Positions 39,958-52,817 of a DNA stretch of 64,000 nt are shown one piece after another (position 1 is the first letter of the stretch; each line of letters opens with the position of its first letter). Position numbers and translations under genes: made by a program. The notes beneath the pieces were generated by a model that saw nothing but the letters and a program-made list of their open reading frames with translations, was not told the DNA's origin and did not search any database. Source of the DNA: Prasinococcaceae sp. CCMP 1430. Its lineage: Eukaryota; Plantae; Prasinodermophyta. The stretch covers positions 36,576 through 100,575 of the forward strand of contig RQSC01001018.1 in NCBI GenBank assembly GCA_013416795.1, in the 5' to 3' direction.

Positions 39958-40884
39958 GTGTCGCGGCTGTGGCTCGGCGGACACGCCGCGCCCGCGGGCG
40001 GGGCGGACGCTCCCGCCCAGGGCAAGCGGCGCACCAAGAAGGCGAAACGCGCAAGCGCCGCCCAGAGGGCTGCGGACGAGGCGAGGGCCGCCGCGGCCAA
40101 GGCGCCCGGCGGCGGCAACTGGGCGCGCCTGCAGGCTACGCTGCAGCAGGCCGCGCCCGCCGAGCGCAAGCCCAAGGGCGGGGCGGCTGCGGGCAAGGGC
40201 AAGGGCGCGGCTGGGGGCGGGGCGGTGCTCAAGTCCACGAAGGAGCAGCCCGTGGGCGCGGGTGGGGTCGTGCCCAAGCACATGCTCACCTCATCGCTCG
40301 CTATCGACTGCGAGATGGTCGGCATCGGCGCGAGCGGTTCGCGGTCGGTGCTCGCGCGCGTCTCAATCGTCAACGAGCACAGCGAGACGGTGTATGATTC
40401 GTACTGCAAGCCGCGCGAGCGCGTGGTGGACTTCCGCACCTTCGTGTCGGGCATCCGGCCGCACCACATCAAGACCGCGCCACCGCTCGAGGTCGTGCGC
40501 GGCGAAGTCGCCCGCCTCATGGAGTCGCGTCGCATCATCGGCCACGCGGTGCACAACGACCTGAACGCGCTGCAGCTCATCCACCCGCCGCACCTCATCC
40601 GCGACACGGCCAAGTATCCGCCATACCTGCGCGAGAGCGGCAAGCCCATGTCGCTCAAGGACCTCGCGCTGAGGCACCTCGGGACCAGCATCCAGGGCGG
40701 CTCGCACTCGTCCGTCGACGACGCGCGCGCCACCATGGGGCTCTACCTGCTGCACAAGAAGGCCTGGGAGGCCGCCCTCGCCAAGGGCACGGCGCTGCCA
40801 CAGCGCATGGCGACGGCGGGTGACACCCACGACAAAGGCGGCAGGCGGTCCAAAACCAACGCCGGCAAAACCACGAGGAAATAG
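39958..40884 (+). CDS. REX4: RNA exonuclease 4 (DEDDh)
   Basis: NWARL, AIDCEMVG, LARVSIVN, DFRTFVSGI, GHAVHND, RDTA, HSSVDDA; first in-frame ATG is only at 40281. Confidence 0.9.
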   Translation: MSRLWLGGHAAPAGGADAPAQGKRRTKKAKRASAAQRAADEARAAAAKAPGGGNWARLQATLQQAAPAERKPKGGAAAGKGKGAAGGGAVLKSTKEQPVGAGGVVPKHMLTSSLAIDCEMVGIGASGSRSVLARVSIVNEHSETVYDSYCKPRERVVDFRTFVSGIRPHHIKTAPPLEVVRGEVARLMESRRIIGHAVHNDLNALQLIHPPHLIRDTAKYPPYLRESGKPMSLKDLALRHLGTSIQGGSHSSVDDARATMGLYLLHKKAWEAALAKGTALPQRMATAGDTHDKGGRRSKTNAGKTTRK

Positions 40885-41059
40885 CCGCGCGGAGCATGTA
40901 TTAAATTTGTATCCCATCCACTGTGCGCCGGCATGGGCGCGGCGGGGGCTGCGCGCGTGCGAGCGCTCGCGTGCGGCATCGCGATCGGGTTCGTTTCGTC
41001 GGCCCTTTGCGCACGCGGGTGCCGCATGCCGCTCTGCCCCTCCGCCCCTCGCTCTGCAG

Positions 41060-43272
41060 CTAGGCCTCGCTGAGCCTCCACATGCGCGCGCAGCGGTCCG
41101 CGCCACCCGAGACGATGGTCGCATCGTCTAGGAAGGCTACGCTCTGCACGCCGCCGTGGTGCGCGCGCGCGATGGTCTTGCGTTTGGTCGGCAGCACGCC
41201 AACCGGCCACACGATGACCGACATGTCGAGCGATCCTGTGGCGAGCTTTGTGCTGTCGGGCGACCAGCTCATCGCGGAGATTCGCGCGGTGTGGTACACC
41301 ATGCGCGACTGCTTGACCTCGCGGCTGGCTGCGTCCCACATGACCACCTCGCGCTTGGCGTCGCCCGACCCCAGGATCGCGCCGTCGGGAGAGAACGCCA
41401 GCACAGTAATGTCCATTGTGTGCTTCTCCATTGGACCGCTGCACGGAGCGACGAGGCGAGACGAGCGCAAGGCGGAGCACGCGGAGCAGCACGCGGGCAG
41501 AAAGAGCGGTCAGACTCGACCGCGCGGGGGAAGTGCCGCGCCCGCGCAGCAGCGCGCCGCAGCACATACCCTGCTGCTGTGAGGGTATCACCCTTCAGCT
41601 CGTACATGTGGATCTTCCCGCCGGGCGCGCCGATGGCCACCTGCGACGCGTCCGGCGATACGGCGGCGGTGGTTGCCTCGAAGCCCAGCGCGTCGTTGCC
41701 CAGCGTGGAGAGAAGCTTGGCTCCGACGTACACGCACACGCCAGACGTGGTCACTACCACAGCAGTGCCGTTGGCGCTCTCCTGTGCGAGGCTGTGCGAC
41801 TTTGGCTGTCCCTCGGTGGGCGAGCTCTCACCGCCCGCGCGCACGGTGTCATCCATCGCCGCGCTGTAGAGCACGCCGCTCCCGACGTCAAGGGCCATGC
41901 CAACCACCGGGTTGGAGTGCGGCGCGCCTCCAGGACCCACGCAGCCCCGCTCGGTGCTCCACTTGAGAATCGTGCCGTCAGAGCCGCCAGAGTAGAACTC
42001 GTCTGCGCTTGCGCCGCGCGCAAGCGCCGTGACGGCGCGAGTGTGGCCCTTGACCACGCGCGCGGGCGCCGACGGGTTCGCCTTGTCAAGGAAGTTCAGG
42101 TCGCCCGACAGGCTGGCGGTCACCATCGTGTCGCCAACCATCGCGCAGCCCACTTGCATGTCCTGCAAGGTAGGCTTGTCGCTGAAGCTGAAGGTGGTGG
42201 AACACTCGCCGCTGCCGGCGTCCCAGAGCTTGGCGGTCTTATCGGCTGACGCGGTGAGGAACGCCTTGCTGTCGGCACTCCAGTCGAGCGCGTAGATGGA
42301 GCCCGCATGCGCCGCGATCTCCGCCTTTTTCTCGCCGGTGAGCCCATCCCACACGAACACGCGCTTGTCGGAGCCCGCGGTCGCATAGAGCGCGCCGTCC
42401 GGCGAGAAGGTGACAGCGTTGACGAAGTTGCCGTGGACGTTGGAACTGGCCTTGGCCTGCTTGAATGGCGGGCCTTCGTAGAAGTTGGTGTAGAAGTCCT
42501 CGCCCGCGGTGGCGATTTTGAAAGGCCGCTCCGGCCTGAAGGCCACGGCGAGCACGCCCTTCGAGTGGCCGGCCATCTCACCGATGGCGCTGCCCGAGTT
42601 CCATGTGAACGCCTTGACGCACGCGCCGCGTGAGGCGCCGGCGACGGCTATGCGATCGCCGTCGCCGGACCACGCGATGTCCTCCACCGGCCCAGCGAGC
42701 GCGCGAATCTCCACCTTGGTGGTGGGCTCGTTCTGGCCCTCCTGCAGATTGGCCGGCCAGACGCGCACGAGGCCGCTCGCGTCGCCCGAGGCGACCCACT
42801 CGCCGTTAGGGGACAGCGCCGCGCACGACACGCGGTGCGCGTGCTCCATGAAGACCACGCATCTGGTCGGATCGGCGAGCTCGCGCACGACGGCCACCTT
42901 TCCCGCGCCGTACGCGACGCGCGCGACGCCCGCGGCCGCGAGCGAGAGCGTGCACGCCTTGCACGGCGGCTTGGTGACGTAGCACGTGCCGCCGACGACC
43001 GACACGCCGCGCCGCGCGGCGTACGCGACGGCGTCCGCCTCGGCGTGGATGTCGAAGCAGCTCGCCGAGAACGCCGCCGACGACGCCATCGCGCGGTGGC
43101 AGCCCCACGCCACCGCCGACATGCCCGGAGCGTCCGAGGCGTCGCCGTCGCCCGGCACGACGATGGCCGCGCCGCAGCGGCTGTGCGCGCCGAACTTGCG
43201 CCTGCCGGCGTCGAGCGCGAGCAGCGCGAGCTGGAGGCCGTCCGCGACGTCGGCGCCCCCCGCAAAGCCATC
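41060..43272 (-). CDS. AIP1: Zinc-dependent cytidine/dCMP deaminase-like domain fused in frame to actin-interacting protein 1 (WDR1) WD40 propellers; intron 41569-41439
   Basis: HAE and PCKAC motifs followed by EH...SPNGEWVASGD, WNSGSAIGEMAGHSK, RPFKIATAGED, FYEGPPFK, ASADKTAKLWD, ATGSLD. Confidence 0.85.
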
Positions 43273-43514
43273 ACTCTCGCGCGCCGCGCCCGCGGCGTGT
43301 GGCACCGCCCCGCGCACCCCGACACGCCGCCGCGCCCGTTTTCTTCCCCTGCTCCGAATACGTTGTGTTTTACAGCGCACAGGCGCCGTGAGCAGGCTGC
43401 ATTCTCATACCGTGCGCCCACCCCGGCGAGAGGAGACCAGCGCGCGCGCGGGCGCGCTCGTCCCTCCCCCGCTCGCCTGCAGGCATCCGTCCGAGACACC
43501 TTGCAGCAGTGCGG

Positions 43515-44138
43515 TCACCCGCGGCGGTAGAAAGTCAAGGGCCACTGCCCTGGGAAAGGCTCCGCGTCGACCACGTTGCGGAGCTCTGCCGCCGCCTCAT
43601 GGCTCCCTGCCGCCGCCGCCGCGCGCAGCAGACGCAGCGCCTTCGCACCGTCCCGCTGCCGGCCAACTTCGTCATAGTCGTGATGGTAGGTCTGCGCCAT
43701 CTGCCACAAGCCCGTGGCGTCTCCCTGGTCAGCAGCCATCTCCCAGTACTTGACGGCCTCCACTTTGTCTTGTGCGACGCCGATGCCTTCGTAGAGATGA
43801 CGCGCGTATGAGGACTGGCCGAGCGGGTCGCCCTCGTCGGCTGCGCGGCGGACGAGCTCCGCCGCCTTGATGGCACCGCCGGGCGCGCGCCCCTGGCGGC
43901 AGAGATCCGCAAGGTTCACCATGGCGCGTGTGTCGCCACAGCGCTCCGCCGCGGCGCTCAGCAGCTCTGCGGCGTCGGCGTCGTTCCGCGCAAGCGGCTG
44001 TTCGCCGACGCTCACCTGCGTTCCGACCAAAAGCAGCACATCGGCTGACGCGTCGGCGGTGAGCTTCTGGAGGCAAGCGCGCGAGATTCGCCCTTCGTCA
44101 TCCACCTCGATGTCCGTCGCATTCACCCGAAGCTGCAT
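43515..44138 (-). CDS. SEL1-like repeat protein
   Basis: AMVNLADL, RRAADEGD, LYEGIGVAQDKVEAVKYWEMAADQGD; TGTAA at 43372-43376. Confidence 0.75.
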   Translation of the reverse strand: MQLRVNATDIEVDDEGRISRACLQKLTADASADVLLLVGTQVSVGEQPLARNDADAAELLSAAAERCGDTRAMVNLADLCRQGRAPGGAIKAAELVRRAADEGDPLGQSSYARHLYEGIGVAQDKVEAVKYWEMAADQGDATGLWQMAQTYHHDYDEVGRQRDGAKALRLLRAAAAAGSHEAAAELRNVVDAEPFPGQWPLTFYRRG

Positions 44139-44600
44139 GGAGCCCGCTGAGGCGGGCGAGGGCCGCGTCGCTCGCGCGTGCTGTGGCGTGCCCCTCCGCT
44201 GCTCGCGCGCTGGCGCTTCGCGCGGACGCAGACGATCCGGACGGTGACAGTGAATTTTAATCCGTTATTTTCAAATACATTGTATCATACTTTATATAAT
44301 TCACATTCTTACGGAAGACAATTTTGAAAATATGCTCCGATGCGCGTCCTGCCGAAGGAGCCCCGAGCCCGGCAGGGCAGACCCAACGGCGCGCCGTCCA
44401 TGCCCTGCCGGCGCGCAGCAGCGCCCCCGCGCACCCACAGCTAGAGGCGGCGTGCCCCGCACAAGGCGCAACGCTTGCGTCCCCGCAGCAGTGACTACCC
44501 CGACCCGCCGGCATGACCATGCAACCACGACGCCTCATGCACTCACAGCCCCCTATTTTACACCCGCCGAGACGCGCCGCCAGCGCGTGGCCCGCGGCGC

Positions 44601-45282
44601 CTATGTCGCCGCCGCCGCGAACGGGTTTGCGTGGATGGTGACCGAGCGCACGACGATAGGAGTCACCGGCTTGCACTTCTTCCCCTCAACTGGCGCCTTC
44701 TCCATGGCGTCGAGCGTGTCAAAGCCATCGATGAGGTGTCCGAAGACCGTGTACTGTCCGTCGAGGTGCTTGGCCTTGGCGTAGGTGATGAAGAACTGGC
44801 TCTTGTTGGTCTGTGCTCAGGGACCAGAGCCAGCGAGTGCGTTGCAGTGCGGGTCAGCGAGCTTGCAGGCCAGCGCGGTGTAGAGAGGGGCGCAGCGTTC
44901 ACGGCGCCGCGCCCAGCGTGCGCACATCCATGGCACGCGCGGCAGGGCGGAGGCGCGCTCGCTCGCATGCAGAGGCCCACCGCGCGCGCGCACGCACGTC
45001 CTTGCCCGAGTTCGCCATGGACACGACGCCGCGCTTGTGGTGTCGCAGCTGCGGCACGATCTCGTCGGCGAACGCTCCGCCCCAGATGGACGCCCCGCCC
45101 TTGCCCGTGCCGGTGGGATCACCGCCCTGGACCATGAAGCCACGCATGTTGCGATGGAAGGCCGTCCCATCGTACGTGCCGGAGGCCGCCAGCGCGAGGA
45201 AATTGAGCGCCGCGCGCGGCGTGTCCTCGCAGTGCAGCTCGAGCTTCAGATCGCCGAGGTTTGTGTGCAGCGTGACCGACAT
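44601..45282 (-). CDS. PPIL3: Cyclophilin PPIL3-like; exons 45282-44998, 44810-44601
   Basis: MSVTLHTNLGDLKLEL, FHRNMRGFMVQGGDPTGTGKGG, MANSGKD|TNKSQFFITY, TIHANP. Confidence 0.93.
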
Positions 45283-45795
45283 GACCGCCGTAGAGCGGCG
45301 CCGCGCCCGGGCCCGCCCCGCCCGAGCCGCCGGAGAGCCGCCGAGAGCCGCCGTTTTAGGCGCGTTTGCCGCCTGGCTGCCCGCTCGAAATACGGGCGGG
45401 CGCACAGCGTGGCGCCAGCGTGGCGCGCGGGTGTTCCCCCTCTGCCCAGGGCCCCGGCAGGGGAGGGGGGTGGCCGGCCGGCGAGGGGGACCCACACCAG
45501 TCCCGAGATCCCATCGAGGTTGGCTCAACTCACGCGGACAGTCAGTCCTCTTTGCCNCGGCGCGGGCGGGAACCAGGGAGCGAGGCTCCAGCGTGAGTGG
45601 CGGGTGCAGCGAGAGGCGCGTCCGGCACGTGTGGGGGGGCGCGTGCGGCGGGTGCGCGAGGGGCCTGACACCGCTGCGCCCGACGCTGACCATGGCGACG
45701 CTTGCTGCGGCGCTCGTACGCCGCGCCGCGCGCGCGGCTGCCGCGCCGCCGCGAACGCGGTCGCGCCCATGGCCCCGCTTCGGGCGGCCGCGCAG

Positions 45796-48700
45796 GATGG
45801 GGTCGACTGCGTCACGGCATTGTGCGTGGACGACTACGAGGAGCTCGTGTGGGCCGGCACGGCATCGGGCTATGTTCAGGGCCTTGCTGTGCCCACGCTG
45901 GACCCGCGCGCGTGCTACCCTGTGGACGCGGCACACGCGGCCTCGCTGCATGCGACGCCAATGCCCGGCGCCGAGGTGCTGTGCATGCGGTCGATGCCCG
46001 CCGGCGTGCTGAGCCTCACGCGCGAGTGCGCGAGCGCACACGGTCGCGGCGGCGTGCGAGCGGTCGCCGTGCGCCCGTCGCCACTCGAGGGTGCTTCGCG
46101 TACCGCTTTGCGCTGCTGCGATTTCCTGGCGCCGGGCAGCCCGATGCTCGCGCTTGGCGCGGAGAGTGGGCTGCTTGCACTCACGGATCTGTCGACACTG
46201 CAGGAGACCGTGCGCGTGAGCAATGGGCAGGGCTTGGCAGCGATGCGCGCGACGGGCCGCGGTGCGCTCGCAGTGGGTGGCGTGGAGGGTGAGCTGACCA
46301 TGCACGACCACAGGGCCAAGTTCGCCCCCGCAGGGAAGCTTAGGGCGCACCAGGGCGCAGTCATCGGGCTCGACGCGTGTGGCGATCTCATTGCGACTGT
46401 CGGACTCGGGCGGCGGGCGGGAGCCGTCACTGCGGACGCAATCAAGGTCTTCGACGTGCGCATGGGGCGCGCGTCGCCGCTCTCACAGGTGCCCTTTGCG
46501 CTGGGTGGTGGGCCGTGCTGCGTGTCGTTTGTCCCGAAGTTCAGCTCAATGGTGCTGGTGGGCACGCAGAGCGGCGCGTTCGGCACGGCTGATGTGTCGC
46601 ACCCGAGCCCGCAGTTCCTCACATACCAGGCAGATTGCCAGGGCATGGCTTTGGCGTGCGCAGCGCCCGCGGCGAGCGGAGAGCTGTTGGTGCTCGGCGA
46701 CGCAGGTGGCTACGTGCACCTCTGGGCAGACAGTGAGGAACACAAGGCCAATGCCTACGGACGCCCCAACATGGACGACCAGGTTCCCGCGCCGGTCGCA
46801 CGCGACCACGGCGGCAACCCCATCGGCCCCGAAGACATCCTCTTCACCCCGCTGCCGGGTGCGGGCGCGGGAGACGCCGGCCTGTTGTCAGACGTGGACG
46901 TGGAGGGGGGCGATCCGTGCGTGGTGCGCGTTGGCCAGCCGCCACGGAAAATTGAGCCCTCGATCGCGGCGGCGCTCAAGAGCATGTACCGCGGTGCCAA
47001 CGCGGGCGCCAGCGTGCAGGCCGTACCTAACCCTGCGTGGAAGGGCGGCATGCAGCCTGGTGAGGCCGCGCGTGTGGCCGCGCAGGTGGCGCTCGAGCGC
47101 GCACCATCTAAGGGTGCGTGGAAGGGCGATGGGGACAAGTCGAAACGCTCCAAGCTGCGGCCGCTGCCCAAGGGGCTCAAGCGCGTGGAGATCAAACAAA
47201 AACCGGGGCGCGGGCGCTTCGAGGAGTTCGACTTTGCGTCGTACAATTCGACGCGCTTCGCTGGGCTTGAGAACAATCTGCCAAATTGCTATTGCCACGC
47301 CATCCTGCAAACGCTGTACTTCATCCCTGAGCTCCGCGCGGCAGTGATGTCACGTGTGTCTCCTCAGGAATTCTCGCTGAGCGACGAGCTAGGCTTCCTC
47401 TTCCACATGTTCACGCTGAGCAACGGCGCTGTTTGCCAGGCCCAGAACCTGCTGCGTGCCCTGCGGCAGATCCGCGAGGCGAGCGCGCTGGGGCTGCTCG
47501 AGGAGAACAACAACACCTCTGGCCGTGGCAACTTGGGCGACGTGGGCTCAGCTGCGCCGCCGCTGCGCCAGCGCATCGCTAACTTTACGCGCTTCCTGCT
47601 TGAGCAGCTGCAGAAGGAGGCCACCGCAACGGGTGCGCCGCCGGTGGTGGCGTCGCTCTTCGGCATCACCGTGCGCAATCGCATTCGCGCGGCGGATGTC
47701 GCCGGCGGTGCCAAGGTGGGCGGCGAGCAGGTGAAAACGCTGCGCTCGCTGAGCCTCGAGCTTCAGTACCCCTCGGCACAGGCAGTGAGTTCGGGCGAGT
47801 CCTCCCCCGGCCGTGCGTCGTTCTGCTCGCTTCTGGCGGCGTCCATGCGGCAGACCAGCGAGATGCGCGCGTGGTTCGAGCCGGCCAACGGGTACAAACA
47901 AGTGCGCCAGGAACGGCTCGTTGTCGGCCTGCCCAAGATGTTGCACATCAACTGTGCCGTGCGCTCAAGCAACGAGTTTCGCTGGTGGGAAGAGGGTGTC
48001 AAATCGTGGCAGAACGAGGGTAGCGGTGACAGCTCGAAGCCGTGGCTGCCGTTCTTCATTCGCGCCGACGTTGAGGAGGACAGCGGCAAGGTGCACGTGG
48101 ACGCGCTGTCGGAGCGCGAGGCCGACATCGCCGCGTGCGAGCTCGCTGACGAGCCCACAAGCTCGAGCAAGTCGGCCGTGTACAAGCTCTCCTTCCTGGT
48201 GGTGCACGTGCGCGACGATGAGACCATGGAGGAGGAGGAGGCATCTGGCAAGGACCTACTCAGCGGTCACGGTGGACACCTAGCAGCTTACGTGAACGTG
48301 CAGCCGCCCTATGTGGAGACGCGAGGCGCGTTTGAGAAAACGCCCATTGTGAAGGCGACTCCTGGTGTGTCCCCAACGCACACGCCAGGCTATCTGCATC
48401 AGCGCGAGAGGCTCCGGCAGGTCGCCACGCAGCAGCAGGAGCCCGCCACGCCACCGCGGCAGGGCGGCCAAGTGGGTACGGATGCCGGGTCTCCGCACAC
48501 GCCGGACCAGTCGCTGAGCGGGGCGTCCTCGGACTGGCTCGTATTCAACGACTTTGAGATTACGCCTGTGGAGGCGCAGCAGGTGGCGTCGTTGAGCGGG
48601 AGGCAAGTTGTGCCTTGTCTCGTGTTTTACACGCGCCACCTGGCGCCCGATGAGGCCCAACGGCAGGCGAACGCGTTTGCATCGGTGCCGCCACCGCCGA

Positions 48701-49684
48701 TCACCGCTGGGCATTTCCGCACGCTGCATTGCGACGAGCCGCCACGCGGCATCGGCAACATGGGGCGGCCGTCCTTCCTGCCGCTCAACTGGATGAACGA
48801 GCGACCAAGGCCGGGGATGCTGGTCGGCATTGACGCCGAATTCGTTGCGATGACCCCTCCCGTCAAGGAGGTACTTGAGGACGGCTCGGAGCGTGTGGTG
48901 GTGCAAAGCAGACTGTCGCTCGCGCGCGTGTCGGTGGTGCGTGGTGAGGGTCCCCTCATCGGCCAGCCATGCATCGACGACTACGTGCGCGCGGTGGAAC
49001 CCGTGTACGACTACCTTACGAGGTACTCGGGTGTGGTGCACGGCGACCTCGACCCGACCGTGAGCAGGCACCACGTGGTGACCCTCAAGCAAGCATACAT
49101 GAAGCTGCGCTACCTCGTGGACGCTGGCTGCGTGTTCGTGGGGCATGGCCTGAGCAAAGACTTCCGCATGATCAACGTCACCGTGCCGCCGCACCAGGTC
49201 ATTGACACGGTGGACCTGTTCTATCAGAAGCGCTCGAGGCGCCTCAGTCTGCGATACCTCAGCCAGTACTTGTTGCGTGCGGAGATCCAGGGCGTCGTCC
49301 ACGACTCGATCGAGGACGCCAGAACGGCGCTGGCGCTCTACCAGGTCTACTTGCAGCTCCAACGGAAAGGTGCGAACTCGGAAGCGCTGGGCTTTTGTGC
49401 CTTGCGCACGCTGCCATCATGGTGGATGCACACCTTTGTGTGTTGCATTACCCGGCGTCGTCTTTTTGCGCGCTTTCTTTTGGGGTCGCCGGTGCTGACA
49501 GCGCGCCCCCGTCCACACGCCTCACGCGGCAGGTATCTTTGAGGAGACTCTCAACGACATCTACAAGTACGGCAGGCAGTGTGGCTGGGAGGTCAAACCG
49601 GGCACTGCGCCACCCCCGCTGCCGTCGCCCCCGCCACCAGCGACGAGGGAGGAGATGGCACAGTCGCTGCCAGACACGCTTTAA
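45796..49684 (+). CDS. PAN2: PAN2 poly(A) ribonuclease (WD40 + pseudo-UCH + DEDD nuclease); last intron 49370-49532, first exon uncertain
   Basis: FDFASYNSTRFAGLENNLPNCYC, ELGFLFHM, GIDAEFV, DYLTRYSG, GHGLSKDF, HDSIEDARTAL. Confidence 0.93.
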
Positions 49685-49883
49685 TGTCGTCTTGCGCATT
49701 ATTATTTTACAAAGTTTGGGTCACGCCCGGCGCGGCGAGCAGCGCCTTTGGCAGTTTGATATTGGTGTCGTTGTCACCCGGAATGTTGCTGAGGAGGGCG
49801 AAACGTCCCCAGCACGCGCAGAAGTAGTCTGAAGTACACGAAGAGCGACGCGCGCCCGCGAGCGACGATATGAACGCGGAGGT

Positions 49884-51928
49884 TCATCGATGGTCCCCCT
49901 CCGCACTCGCGATGGTTTCGCTTGCGGGGTGTTCGCGCGCCGCCGTCGCGCCGGCTTCGGCGAGCGCTGTCACCTGGTCAGTCGCGTCCCCTGCCTGCTC
50001 GGCCACGTCGGGGCCCGACAATGTGACTGGGAATGTATCCTCCGGCGCGAGCAGAGCAGGGGGCACGTCGTCTATGTCGCAAGACAAGAGGATGGGATCG
50101 GCGATTTCCGGGTCGAGCAACGCGGCGGGGACATCGGCCGGCCCCACGCTCGAGGCCAGTTCCTCCATCGGCGACACCGGCGTAGAGGTGGCCGACACGA
50201 CGGCCATCACGTTCTTGCTTGTGCCGTAGAACATGAAGGCGGTGGACGCACCGATCATGAGCACGTGGCCCGCGCGCTGCAGGCGATTGTCATCGATCGC
50301 GTAGAGATGCATGAGCGGCGGAAGGATGAGCGCGACCATCGAGCCCGGCAATGAGCCCACCAAAGCCGCAGCGAGGCCTATGTTGGGGACAACACAGGCG
50401 CAGCCCGCGAGCAGCGCCACCGCGCTCACGCGAGCGGCAGTGCGCCTCTTTATCTCAGCCGCTTGCTGTGCCTCGGCGTCAATGCCCAGCACGCTCTGCA
50501 CCTGTTCCTTGACCCAGCCACGTACGCCCAGGCGCTCGCCCGGAGGAGGCGGGGCTGGGATGCCCAGCAGCTTTTCCTCAATGATGCTCATGGCGGGCGT
50601 CAATTGGAGGGGAAAGGTCAAAAGGACGCTACCGCAGAGCAGCAGGTTGACCACGTGCATGTCGAAGCCGCGCGCCTGCAGTTCTGCGGTAATGGGGACG
50701 TCTGCGATGTCTCCCAGCGACGCGTACGATAGCCAACCCACGGCCAACAGCAAGCTTGCCACAGTCACGAAACTGGTGTCCAGGATGCGCCTGAAGTCGG
50801 CGCTGTTCTGTATGGCGGTTTCGACCGGCAGGATGAGCGTCTGGCCCTCGAACGCGTAGACCGCGCTCCCCAAGAAGACGGGGAACGAAGTGAGCAGGCC
50901 CTTGGGCAGCCCCTCGCTTGTCTGTATAGCGGCGCCCTCGGTGAGTGCGTGCTCGCCCGTCGCCCCGAACACGGCCAGGAGCGCCAGCAGCGTCGCGGCG
51001 TTGGCAGCGGCGCTCAACGGTGCCAGCGCCTTGATGTCACGCGGCAGGCTCAGCAGCATGACGAACGGCATGAACCCCCCCACAAGATAGGCGTGCGGCG
51101 CCTCCACGCCTGCTCCGGCCTCGAACGACTCAGCCAGGAAGTCGAAGAAGACCACACATATGCCCAGTTGCACAAGCACCACCGAGAGCTCTGTCACGGT
51201 CTGCCCGAGCGGTCCGAGGCACGCACCAGCGACCTCGCCGTATGTGCGCGCGCCTTGGTCACCGCGGCGCGTGCGGCGATCGTTGGCCGCTTCCTTGCAG
51301 TCCAGGATGAGGTGCTGGCTGTAGAGCGAGTATGCCGCCAAAGACACAAACGAGACGGGCCCGAGCAGTGTGCCCGCCTGCGCGAACGCGAACGGCAGCG
51401 AGAGGCAGCCAGGGCCGACGTTCGCCTTGAACAGCGTGAAGAACGCGTCGCGGGGGGTCATCCCGGGCTCGACGTTGGCGGGCTTGGCCTCGGCTCCGTC
51501 GGGCGCATCGGTGACCGCCGCGCATGTCCGCGCGCGGTATCGGCGCCCACGCCTTGCCCGCGCCGGGAGCGCGCGCGCCGTGGCGCCCGCGCGCAGAGCG
51601 CGCGCGCCGTGGCGCCTGGGCCGGGCCCGCGCGAGCGCGCGAGCGCGCCCTCGCCCGATAGCGCCGACTTTATCGCCATCGCGCCCGAAGCCGACGCCCC
51701 CTCCTTCTCCTCCCCTCCCGCGTTCGCGCTCGCCCACCCGCCGTTCCCCCCCACGCGCAACCACCACCAGCGAGCCTCACGGCGCGTATAAGTACCGCCG
51801 CCGCTCGCGCGCGCTCGCGCCGCCGCGCCGCCTTGCGTGCGTGCGCGCGCGAGAGAGAGTGAGGTGAGCGAGGGAGAGACGCACCTGCGCACGGGCCTCG
51901 CGGCGAGCATCTGCGTGGCGAACGCCAT
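49884..51928 (-). CDS. Amino acid/auxin permease (Aa_trans, AVT3/PAT-like); probable transit-peptide first exon 51928-51885
   Basis: LFKANVGPGCLSLPFAF, TYGEV, AVYAFEGQ, ~11 hydrophobic segments; upstream MAFATQMLAARPVR followed by a GTGCGT donor. Confidence 0.85.
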
Positions 51929-52817
51929 CTCTTCTGTCGGCGCTGCGGTGGGCGCTCGGTGTGGCCCGCCACCTCCCCCCCTCCCTAACACCACCACCAC
52001 GCGCACCCCGCCCGCCCGCCTCGCCCCCACCCCCAAATGAGAGTGATGGCCGCGCGGCCCGGCCGGCGGCGCGCGCGCGCACGCCGCGCCGCCGCCCCCG
52101 CCCGGAGGCGCCAGACGCACGTGCGCGCGCCAGCGTCGCGTGATCAACACCCCCTCTCGCAGGCGCCACCTCACCCCCCCCCCCCCCCCCCCCTCCTTCC
52201 CCCCTTCCCCCCTACCCCACCCCACCCACACCACCGCCGTGCCGCGCGCGGCGAGTGGCGCGCGCGCACGCAAACAAACAAACCAAACCGCACATCACTT
52301 GCACAACGCCCGAATTCCTTCCGTTCCGCTTTTTATTTACATCACAACGCACGCGTAAACCGCGCCATGTCACACCGTAATTTTGACCTGCAATTCATGC
52401 AATTCATAGGATCGAAATCATTAAAATGGTAATTTACGTATATCCAAACACATCATAAAAAGAGTTCTTTCGGAATCGAAATTGGGAGCGCCCAGCAGCC
52501 TCTCGATTGCAGCGAATTCCCACACGATGCACAGCTGCTCAAGCCACGAAGGGACGGGAGCGATTGTAGTATTTAGGGGATGTATATCAGGGTTCGTTCT
52601 CGCACGTCCTCACCCTCGGCTACGTACCCTCGGAAGGGGTGACGTGCTGAAAATGGGCATGCTCGCCACTCAAGTACAATCTCTTACACACATCGCGCTC
52701 TGTCGCACTCGCGCCCTCTCTCCACCCTCCAGGACGACAAACTTTGGGAGGCGTTGCTCGTGGGTGCTCGCGGCGCGTGGGCAGAGGACGTTCGGGAGCG
52801 CCTCTTCACCTCGGCGT

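Noticed and set aside
37416-40736. 1106-aa minus-strand ORF
   Set aside because: Antisense shadow of REX4/reticulon running through an N gap
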